From sequence record NC_028992.1: a stretch of 34,783 bases of DNA, one strand, 5' to 3'. The position numbers were made by a program, and so were the translations under genes. Shown here in pieces: positions 26,963 through 34,679 of the stretch (positions within the stretch are counted from its first letter, which is position 1; the number at the start of each line of letters is the position of its first letter). The notes beneath the pieces are model-generated. The model ran no database searches. It was not told the origin of the DNA and saw only the letters and a program-made list of their open reading frames with translations.

Positions 26963-27727
26963 CTGGCTTCCTCCCCGCCCTAAAGGGCGAGGCTTGTCGT
27001 TCATTTTGTCAGGATCACAACCACTAACTTTCTTCCAAAGGTTCATGGAGTTCTCAAATTGCTTGTTAGGTTTTCTCCTAGGGAAAACGTATGCGATTAA
27101 AATCGCAACGATTACGCCTAAGTTGATCTTTAAAAGGATAGGTAGACTGGGCATATTTATGAGTGACATCAAAAGGGCTCCGATCATGGTCATATAAATT
27201 ATAGAGCCTATTAATAACGCACCCCATGAAACTAGACAATCTGTTGATGATAACATAGTATTCATTCTTTTAAGAAGTATAAATGGTAATCTGTAAATTG
27301 CTCCATACCTTCCAAGGAAATAGTATATGATTAAGGCAATGGCAACTAAAGAAGTGGGTATCAAATAGATCGAATATGAGAACTGTGCCTGAGGCTTTGT
27401 CATCATCACATATAAACTACTCACATATAAAGTAGTGAAAAATACTATACCCCCTATTGGTAGAAACATAATTAGATCTAATAAAATGAGACGTGAATAG
27501 AAAATAACCATTTCTTTAAATAAAGAAATTACTAAATCTGTTCCGAGTTTTAATGCTTCACGGTTTGTTTTTCCATATCTTAATTTCACCATAGTATATG
27601 CGGTAAATAGTAATATTATTATAAGGGCTACCAAAGAAACACCTGATATCTTTAAATTTGTCCATAATACAGTTGGAGTAGGTTTGCTAGGCAACAAGGT
27701 TACAAGCAAGGCTATAGGGTCTGTCAT
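26960..27727 (-). CDS. AT-rich polytopic membrane protein
   Basis: 5-6 TM helices; visibly lower GC than flanks; the stop lies in a 16-mer. Confidence 0.7.
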   Translation of the reverse strand: MTDPIALLVTLLPSKPTPTVLWTNLKISGVSLVALIIILLFTAYTMVKLRYGKTNREALKLGTDLVISLFKEMVIFYSRLILLDLIMFLPIGGIVFFTTLYVSSLYVMMTKPQAQFSYSIYLIPTSLVAIALIIYYFLGRYGAIYRLPFILLKRMNTMLSSTDCLVSWGALLIGSIIYMTMIGALLMSLINMPSLPILLKINLGVIVAILIAYVFPRRKPNKQFENSMNLWKKVSGCDPDKMNDKPRPLGRGGSQ

Positions 27728-27830
27728 CTGACGAACAATAAGAAATGTGATAATAAAAAGATATTATAAACGCTGTACGTTACGTTACGTACAATCAGCT
27801 ATTATTATTGAGCAAGGGCATTAGTTATCA

Positions 27831-27925
27831 CTTGCTCAATTTTCTCATCGCTCTTCCTGAATATTATTACTCTATTCTCTAAATCAAGATATGGTGTGTA
27901 TTCATTTAAAAATGATACTATTTGT
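27831..27925. repeat. Copy of 25618-25712 (73 bp identical, then degenerate)
   Basis: 27831-27903 equals 25618-25690. Confidence 0.92.
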
Positions 27926-28630
27926 CAGATAATTCATCAAATTCGGCTTCCTTATCCCTATCAACCTCTCCCTGTGCTGGGGAATGTATTGGCTAAAGTC
28001 AATTTTCCTAGTTTCGAACCCCTCTTTTTTGAGCGAATTAACTAAAGGTTCCGCGTAAACGTTCTCGTAAAACGCGTAAACTGGTTTGACAGAATTGACA
28101 ACCCTCAGGTATTCCTGCGTCAGCTCGTCTGACCCTGCATACAATCTGAAGTTCCTGAAAGCGTTGAGCGGAGTGTAGTCCTCGCACGGTGGAGAACCTA
28201 CAATTATGTCGAATTTCTTGGAGGGCTCGTACTTCCTTATATCAATATTAAGGATATTGTATTCGAACTCTTCGTTGTACTTTTTCAGCTCCTTAAATAT
28301 CATGTGTAGTACCTTAACCTTTCCAACATCTATTTCTACGGCTTCAACATAAAGGGGCTGAGGGAAGAAATAGAGGAATGCACCGATAGACCAGCCACCG
28401 ATGCCAGCGAAGAGATCTAGCATCGATTTACCTTTCACCTGGTTCTCCTTGAAGATATGATAGACGGCAAAAGGAGGAATTGCATCCGCGAGGTAATCTA
28501 TTAGGTCGTTTTTAGGTAATTTAAACAGAAGAAACGGAGGAAAAGTTTGCATCCATAATGCTAAATTTTCGTCGAATCGTTTATTGTATCGTGTATCCCT
28601 CCTCCAAATACCGCTTACTGTATTTATCAT
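27902..28630 (-). CDS. C5-cytosine DNA methyltransferase, circularly permuted (IX-X-I-IV-VI-VIII)
   Basis: QTFP (IX-like) and DAIPP (X-like) precede DLFAGIGG (I), GSPPC (IV), ENV (VI) and QHRER (VIII). Confidence 0.8.
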   Translation of the reverse strand: MINTVSGIWRRDTRYNKRFDENLALWMQTFPPFLLFKLPKNDLIDYLADAIPPFAVYHIFKENQVKGKSMLDLFAGIGGWSIGAFLYFFPQPLYVEAVEIDVGKVKVLHMIFKELKKYNEEFEYNILNIDIRKYEPSKKFDIIVGSPPCEDYTPLNAFRNFRLYAGSDELTQEYLRVVNSVKPVYAFYENVYAEPLVNSLKKEGFETRKIDFSQYIPQHRERLIGIRKPNLMNYLTNSIIFK

Positions 28631-28667
28631 TCTAACCTGACCTCCTCCCCCGAAATGCTAGTTTGTA

Positions 28668-29610
28668 TCACTCCCACCATGTCATTAGATTGCTTGTCTG
28701 TGAGACTTTCCGTTCCTTTAACCTCTTTTGTTGTAATTTCTCCTCAATCTTTTCCCTTAACTTTGTCCTCAATCTCTTGGCATCTTCTCTCTCAATTATC
28801 TCTATCTGCGGTTTTCCGAAAAGTGCGTTAGCACCAATCCTTTCTAAGATTACATCCTTTAACTCTAAGTCTATTTCATAGCCTATCGCATCCCTTTTCA
28901 ATTCGTTAGCGACCTTTAACGTAGTGCCAGTCCCAGCAAAGGGGTCTAGAACTGTATCCCCTACGTAAGAGTAAAGCGTAATAATTCTCCTAGCTAGCTC
29001 CTCGGGAAACGGTGCTGTATATTTCGAGTATTTATCCTGAGGCAGTACGTGACCTATTTCCCACACACTCAAATACCACTTCTCCCTTTGAAATTTATTC
29101 ACATCTATTTTACTTTCCTCCTTATTCCTAGGGACAAATTTCCCTGGCTTCTTAAACACTACTATTTCTTCATAAATGAAATCTGGATAATAATAAAGAG
29201 GGTAAGGATGTTGGAAGGAGAACTCCACTCCTCCTACTAATCCTGATGTAAAATTCTGGTTTTTTCCAAATGATCCTTTCTTGATATTTAAAACCCAAGC
29301 TTTGCATAATTTTTATCAAATCTGCAACTATAGGGTAAAGGTCCCCATCTACCCTCATATCAGCTACAACGAAAACCGCGACCCTGCCTTCCTCTAGGAC
29401 CCTGAAAATCTCTTTTCCCACTCCTTTTAGCAGGCTCAGGTAATCGTCATAAGAAGGAAAAAGGTCTGGGAAGTCAAAAGGTGCGTTATAGTAAGGAGGA
29501 GAAGTTAGGACCAAACCCACACTATTATCCTTAACTTCTTTCATATTTCTAGAGTCTCCAAATATAATTCTGACCTCCCTGGCCCTAAAAGGCTGATTTG
29601 TTGTTATCAT
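28668..29610 (-). CDS. Beta-class N4-C/N6-A DNA methyltransferase with a 1-nt frameshift
   Basis: TSPPY in ORF 29170-29610; DPFAGTGTT in ORF 28668-29228; removing one C at 29213-29214 gives GVLL-QHPYP. Confidence 0.85.
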
Positions 29611-30629
29611 AACGCCACCTCGAGCTTTCCTGGCACTAGGGATGGCTCTCCCAGCTCATGTCCGCATCTAGGACACTTTCCTCCGTACATTGCCTTTACT
29701 TCCGAAGGTAGTTTTATGCCGAAAACCTCCTGTCCTACTCTCTCAAATCTATAAAGCTCGAACCCGCAGTTCTTACATTTGTACCTTATAGGCCCTAGTA
29801 TGTTTAGGATTTCCTTGTATCTCATCCTCAAAACTAATTCTGATATATTCAGTGTTTCCGCTATTTCCTTTTGTGTTTTATTAATGTCCATCAACTTAGA
29901 TGCAATATAAACTGCAGCGGCACCGAATGCTAAACGGCTCTTTCCGCTAGTTAATCCCCGTTTTTGCATTTGCTCCACTATTTCTACTACTTTAGTTTCT
30001 ACGGTCAGTGGTAAGTTCAATTTGTTTAATATTATTGGAATATATTTTGTTGGTGTATTCACTTTAGGTTTAAAATATGGCACGACTTCATTGATCCTTT
30101 TTAAAGCCTTCCAGACTGCCCTTTCGGAAAGGTCAAACCTCGCTTTAAGCTCCTGTAAACTCAAGGGAATGTTGTTGATTTGGGACGCATAATATAATAC
30201 AACAGCGATCAGTGCATCGGGCTTAATCCTCATATAGGATTCATCCCTAAATAATTTTTTCACTATGATTGCAGCGGTCTCCTTTACGTGTTCTGGCAAG
30301 CCTAGCTTCGAAGCCTCAGCGTTTAGCCTCGATAGATATGTTACTAATTTTTTATCCTTGTATGAAACCCTAACCGAATTTTGTAATCTTCGCATTTTTA
30401 TTAGTTTAATCTTGTCTTCTACATTTCTATATCCTATTTTTCCTATTTTAGTCGTGAGTCCTTGGTCGTGAACCTTTAAACTAAGCCTTGATCCTACTCT
30501 TTCCCGCTCTAGTCTATCTGTGTCACTGAATGTCCTCCATTCTGGGCCAGGGTCAACTACCCTTTCCTCTATGACCTCTCCCGTCTCGGTGTCTATGAGC
30601 TCTCCTCTTTCGGCGTCGAAGACTATCAT
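29607..30629 (-). CDS. tfb: Transcription factor B homologue with an extra C-terminal Zn ribbon
   Basis: FDAERGE..TETGEV..., B-reader GPEWRTF, HDQGLTT, two cyclin folds, TQKEIA HTH; then CKNC...CPRC. Confidence 0.92.
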   Translation of the reverse strand: MIVFDAERGELIDTETGEVIEERVVDPGPEWRTFSDTDRLERERVGSRLSLKVHDQGLTTKIGKIGYRNVEDKIKLIKMRRLQNSVRVSYKDKKLVTYLSRLNAEASKLGLPEHVKETAAIIVKKLFRDESYMRIKPDALIAVVLYYASQINNIPLSLQELKARFDLSERAVWKALKRINEVVPYFKPKVNTPTKYIPIILNKLNLPLTVETKVVEIVEQMQKRGLTSGKSRLAFGAAAVYIASKLMDINKTQKEIAETLNISELVLRMRYKEILNILGPIRYKCKNCGFELYRFERVGQEVFGIKLPSEVKAMYGGKCPRCGHELGEPSLVPGKLEVAL

Positions 30630-30640
30630 GCTCTCACCCT

Positions 30641-30796
30641 TTAAACTCCCCAGTTTTCTCTAGTTTTTCTTACATTATTTAGATAAAACTCGAGGGCTTC
30701 TCTGACTACATCACTCCTCGAAAGCCTACGGTTCATAGCGTACGTATCGAGTTTTATCAGGAGATCATCGGGAATTTTGACCGTTATAACCCTCAT
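30641..30796 (-). CDS. Ribbon-helix-helix (CopG-like) regulator not in the ORF track
   Basis: MRVITVKIPDDLLIKLDTYAMNRRLSRSDVVREALEFYL...ENWGV*; SD AGGTGA; the stop lies in a 16-mer. Confidence 0.88.
   Translation of the reverse strand: MRVITVKIPDDLLIKLDTYAMNRRLSRSDVVREALEFYLNNVRKTRENWGV
30642..30657 (-). repeat. 16-mer site between RHH and tfb
   Basis: TAAACTCCCCAGTTTT. Confidence 0.9.
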
Positions 30797-30801
30797 TTTT
30801 C

Positions 30802-31020
30802 TCACCTAGTATTTTCCTCTTCTATTATTTTGAGAACACGGAATAGATTAGCCCCAATCTTATCTGACAAGAATGACGATGTCTCTAATCCTTGTTTCGC
30901 CCTGTCGAGATTCTTCAGAATTACATCCATTTTTATCATATGTACTAGGGCTTGCAACCTTCCTGCGTCCTCCTCGAGTTCATTTAATAGTTCTCGAATT
31001 TCTTCTTCTTTGCTAATCAT
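30802..31020 (-). CDS. Small coiled-coil protein
   Basis: Strong GAGGAGG SD; heptad pattern. Confidence 0.7.
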   Translation of the reverse strand: MISKEEEIRELLNELEEDAGRLQALVHMIKMDVILKNLDRAKQGLETSSFLSDKIGANLFRVLKIIEEENTR

Positions 31021-31382
31021 TCCTCCTCCTCCTCTAACTCTTCTTCCTTTGCCAATTGTTCGAATACCTGCTCCTTCTTCTCGAGAAGACTAACGAGCTC
31101 TAACGTTTGTAAGGCCTCCTCCTTAGCCTTGTTGAGGACCCATCGCCTTGCCGTCGCGTTGAAGAGGGCTACGTCGATAATGGTTTTATCCGAAAGGTGA
31201 ATCTTCCCCTTTTTGGCTTTGGCTATGGCCACAGGTGTGATTGCATCTTTCAGCTCCTTACTGAACCTCCTGGCGAATTCTTCCCTCGATTTTTTGCTTA
31301 GCCTTTCAACCACCTGAGAAAAAAGGGCAATAACTTTTTCTTCCTCTCCTTCTTCTCTTGGGGAGCCAATTGCAACGGCCAT
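31017..31382 (-). CDS. Hypothetical protein with acidic tail
   Basis: Canonical AAAAAC-TTTAAATA promoter upstream. Confidence 0.7.
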   Translation of the reverse strand: MAVAIGSPREEGEEEKVIALFSQVVERLSKKSREEFARRFSKELKDAITPVAIAKAKKGKIHLSDKTIIDVALFNATARRWVLNKAKEEALQTLELVSLLEKKEQVFEQLAKEEELEEEEE

Positions 31383-31391
31383 TTCTTCTCA

Positions 31392-31427
31392 ATGACTTTT
31401 GAGTCACTAGGTATATTTAAAGTTTTT
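31392..31427 (-). promoter_or_regulatory. Canonical BRE/TATA with a downstream TGAC-N6-GTCA inverted repeat (possible operator)
   Basis: Minus strand AAAAACTTTAAATATA; plus strand TGACTTTTGAGTCA between the TATA box and the ATG. Confidence 0.5.
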
Positions 31428-31466
31428 GCCTGAATTTTAGGGCCAAATCCCGTTACTCAGTACGGC

Positions 31467-31772
31467 TCAGTAAACTGGGGAGTTTAACACCTCTACGCCA
31501 TCCATGATTTTCTCAATGCCGACTTCCCTGAGAGCCTCGACCAACTTCTTTCCTTTATCGGTGAGAACGGCGAAGATCTTTCTCCCCTTTTCATGATATT
31601 CTATGAGACCTAGCTTGAGGAGGCTTTCCTCGACCGAAGTATAGTAAACCGTCGAGGACACTCCTGATAACTGCCATAGCTCAGATAGATAGAGCGGTCC
31701 ATGCTGGTCTAGCGTGTCGAGTACCCTATATAGATGCTCACATCTTAGGGGATTTGACAGGTTCCGGGGCAT
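31467..31772 (-). CDS. Winged-HTH regulator
   Basis: GLIEY....GRKIFAVLTDKGKKLV wing motif; the C-terminal NSPVY is encoded by a 16-mer. Confidence 0.8.
   Translation of the reverse strand: MPRNLSNPLRCEHLYRVLDTLDQHGPLYLSELWQLSGVSSTVYYTSVEESLLKLGLIEYHEKGRKIFAVLTDKGKKLVEALREVGIEKIMDGVEVLNSPVY
31471..31486 (+). repeat. 16-mer site
   Basis: Exact match. Confidence 0.92.
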
Positions 31773-31831
31773 TTTTCTANTTTAACATCTGTCAGTGTTA
31801 CCTTATAAGTCATTAGTTAGCATCGGTCTAG

Positions 31832-31847
31832 AAAACTCCCCAGTTAA
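31832..31847 (-). repeat. 16-mer site
   Basis: AAAACTCCCCAGTTAA. Confidence 0.85.
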
Positions 31848-31874
31848 TTCCACGTTACGCATGACTTGATGGGN

Positions 31875-31890
31875 TAAACTGGGGAGTTTA
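31875..31890 (+). repeat. 16-mer site
   Basis: Exact match. Confidence 0.92.
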
Positions 31891-31961
31891 ACNCNNNTGA
31901 AGNCNAAACCCCAAACCAATCCAACCGAAATCTATATTAACTACAGTGTGAGGCTCAGCTT

Positions 31962-32240
31962 ATGAGAGCGGCGATGGAAAAAGGATCACAATCAAAATTT
32001 CTATTTAATGCGATGAGTCCCGAGGAATATACTAAGGCTAAGGAGTTCTATGAGTTCCTTAAGAGCATCACTAAATGCACGCATGGGTATCTCAGAATTG
32101 ACCGGAAGAAGCTAGTTGACATGACAGCCGCTTTTATGGAGGTTTCTCCCTATGAGGCCCACCAGATCCTCACAAAAATGATGCAATACGGATGGATTCA
32201 CACGATAGACAACCATTATATAATAGTTAACATAGATTGA
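31962..32240 (+). CDS. Small winged-helix-like protein
   Basis: VSPYEAHQILTKMMQYGWI helix pattern. Confidence 0.6.
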   Translation: MRAAMEKGSQSKFLFNAMSPEEYTKAKEFYEFLKSITKCTHGYLRIDRKKLVDMTAAFMEVSPYEAHQILTKMMQYGWIHTIDNHYIIVNID

Positions 32241-32265
32241 GGANCGTATTTACNAGAAAGNGGGT

Positions 32266-32281
32266 TAAACTGGGGAGTTTA
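32266..32281 (+). repeat. 16-mer site
   Basis: Exact match. Confidence 0.92.
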
Positions 32282-32694
32282 ACACAAATGAAGATTGAAA
32301 AGGGGAAAAATAAAGGGGCTTAAAGCATTCGCCTGCTCTATTGCCNCCATTGCATGCCNCCTGNGNGCCTNTCCTATTACAGTACATGGGCTTACAGTAG
32401 CCTCTTANGGCACTACTATACTATTATTACAATATTCTATTGTTATTCAATAGACTACTTACAGTATACTAGATAGGGGCAAGGCTAGTCCACGATCCGT
32501 TCACGCNCTTGGAAACGGTTTTTGNCGTNCCGTTTTTCTCTACGTATAGAACGTTAGCTTTGAAAAAGTTTCTGTTCGCTTGCTTTGAAATTGTAAAGAT
32601 GTTTTATTCACGTGGGGGTTTNCTTTCAGCTAGCTNAAATAAACTAAACGGCAAATGTCTGCTTTGGTTCTCAAAACTTTGAAATTTTTATCAT

Positions 32695-32710
32695 TAAACT
32701 GGGGAGTTTT
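32695..32710 (+). repeat. 16-mer site
   Basis: TAAACTGGGGAGTTTT. Confidence 0.88.
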
Positions 32711-32749
32711 TTCAGTTTTTTNCTTCACTTTTAGCGGGATTTTTTGAAA

Positions 32750-32765
32750 TAAACTGGGGAGTTTA
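32750..32765 (+). repeat. 16-mer site
   Basis: Exact match. Confidence 0.92.
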
Positions 32766-32838
32766 ACGGTACCTTGAATATTTATTACTAAAATGAGAAA
32801 AAAGGTCGATAGAATCAATTCAGCTAGGCCACGACTCT

Positions 32839-33511
32839 TTAGCCTCCTGGGAACTTCGGCTTATACGCCCAAGCTTCTAGTATATGCTTTGGGACTTCAA
32901 AACCTAGACCCTCTATCACTTTCTTCAGGAAGAGGAATATCCTGTCGAATTTGAGCGTGAACTTCGTCACTTCCACCAGCTTTTGTAACCTAAAAAAAAT
33001 CTTGCTGTACATCCACTGTTTCAGAGAGTCTACCGTCGTGAAGAACTCCACTTTATGTTTCTTCAGTTCCTCCTGGGCTCCAGGAGTAAACGCGTACGCT
33101 ACTATTGCGGGATAGGTGTGATATCCCTTCTCTCTAAGCTTGTTCACTATTTTGTAGATTTGGTTGAACTTCCACGGTAACTGGGCTGGCACAATGGGCT
33201 TCGAGGTTTGTAGCGAGAAGTAAACAACGAATGCCGTCTTCCTCTCCTTTTTCGTCCAATCTATCCGTCTGTGGGTCCTCGAGCTTGATGACGAGGATTC
33301 TGCCTCCGTACCCGTCTTCTTTAATTTCTACGGCTCCGTTCTCGTCCTTTATCCTCGATTTTGCCCACGCTGGCATGCTTATCAGATCGGCGACATCCTT
33401 AACCCCAAGTAGATCCTTCCTTAGGCTGTTAAACGTCCTCACGATCTCTCCTTTCATCTCGTATATCTTCAGCAGGAGATCTTCACGCCCCATATCAGAC
33501 CCCTCCGTCAT
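32839..33511 (-). CDS. Restriction-endonuclease-like (PD-(D/E)xK/Mrr-like) protein split by one extra A
   Basis: Shortening the A5 run at 33248-33252 joins the two ORFs (LDEKERKTAFVVYFSLQTS...AIVAYAFTPGAQEEL). Confidence 0.45.
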
Positions 33512-33836
33512 CCGCGTAGAAGTTTATTTGAGCTAGGATGAAGACAAGGATATAGACTAGCGTAAAGCTTAAAAGCATGTTTGTTAATACTTTACTTGAC
33601 CTCATTAGATCTTTCAGCCCCCTTCCGCCCATTTCCTTTTCCTCTATCTTATATGGTAACCAGGTTTAAAGTCTTTTCTCCCATAATCCCCTTTCTTTAT
33701 ACCTGAAGAGGTTCTAAGACAAAATACCGAACTTCAACTCAAGGATCTCAGAATTACTGCTATAGCTAATTAATGTACTTTGCCCTTTAGCAGAACTAGA
33801 TAAGATTTAAATTTGCTTTATACTTCAACTACATTC

Positions 33837-34238
33837 GTGAGCCAGGCCAAACTCAGGAGGAAGAAAAGAAGTAAGTATGAGATAATATACAACGTCTTAG
33901 AGCAATGCCAGACTGGATCAAAGAAAACCTGGGTTATGTACAAGGCAAATCTGTCTTACGACTTAACGACAAGCTATCTCGACGAACTCATAAAGATGGG
34001 CCTCGTGGAGCCCAAAGACGGTCTATACTATATAACCGAAAAGGGAAAGCAGTTCCTAGAACTCCTCAAGGTCTGGATACAGAAGAAGTCAGAACTCGAC
34101 GACATAGCCAAGATGATTAAGGAGTTCCTCCCTGAAGAGAAAAAGAAGAGAGAGAAGAAGGCAAGCGATACTCAGCCAGCAGAAGCCCCTACTCAGGCCC
34201 CCCAACAAGCCCCACCACCTAGCCCACCAATCAGCTGA
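33837..34238 (+). CDS. Archaeal winged-HTH regulator (COG3432-like) with Pro/Gln tail
   Basis: RSKYEII..VL...KTWVMYKANLSY....YL..L...GLV.....YYITEKG; GTG 33837 follows TTTAAA. Confidence 0.85.
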   Translation: MSQAKLRRKKRSKYEIIYNVLEQCQTGSKKTWVMYKANLSYDLTTSYLDELIKMGLVEPKDGLYYITEKGKQFLELLKVWIQKKSELDDIAKMIKEFLPEEKKKREKKASDTQPAEAPTQAPQQAPPPSPPIS

Positions 34239-34253
34239 GACGGTTGAGGGGCC

Positions 34254-34679
34254 GTGAGCCAGGTGCAAATTATCGGAACCCAAGACAAATTCGTTTTACC
34301 TTCAGGTAAAGAGCTAACGCTTTTCGACGTGCTTCGCTTCTGCTACGGTTTATCAGAATCTGAAATTAATATCCTGATGACACTCCTCAAGTCGAGTCCT
34401 AATCCCAAGTTGGCCGAGGATATAGAACAAGAGCTTCAGGTTAGTAAGGCTATGGTAAACAAGAGCCTCAATAAGTTGCTGAGCTTGGGGCTGATTAAGA
34501 GAACTAAGGAGGCAGGTAATAGAACTGGAAGACCAAGATATGTCTACTTCATTCCCGACCCTGTAGAGTTCAAGGCTAAGCTGGCTAAGGAAATCGAGGA
34601 CTGCACGAATAACATTAGAAATGTCGTAACGACGCAGTTTGTCCCTCCATTTTCCTCACCACATGCTTTTCAAGGTTAA
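34254..34679 (+). CDS. Lrs14/AbfR1-family regulator
   Basis: LPSGKE...DVLRFCYGLS, SKAMVNKSLNKL, GRPRYVY; the stop is the TAA of a 16-mer. Confidence 0.82.
   Translation: MSQVQIIGTQDKFVLPSGKELTLFDVLRFCYGLSESEINILMTLLKSSPNPKLAEDIEQELQVSKAMVNKSLNKLLSLGLIKRTKEAGNRTGRPRYVYFIPDPVEFKAKLAKEIEDCTNNIRNVVTTQFVPPFSSPHAFQG

Larger units (their letters stand above)
32241..32838. other. Long non-coding region, candidate replication origin
   Basis: Three 16-mers, three TTACAGTA repeats (32377, 32392, 32459), AT-rich low-complexity tract; many Ns. Confidence 0.4.

Noticed and set aside
28890-28910. CTTTTCAATTC resembling the end of a Sulfolobales CRISPR repeat
   Set aside because: Single short match inside a CDS; no second repeat or spacer spacing, so no CRISPR or mini-array is called.
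33245-33255. Programmed -1 frameshift at GAAAAAG
   Set aside because: The join needs +1, not -1, and no downstream structure is evident; an indel error is simpler.
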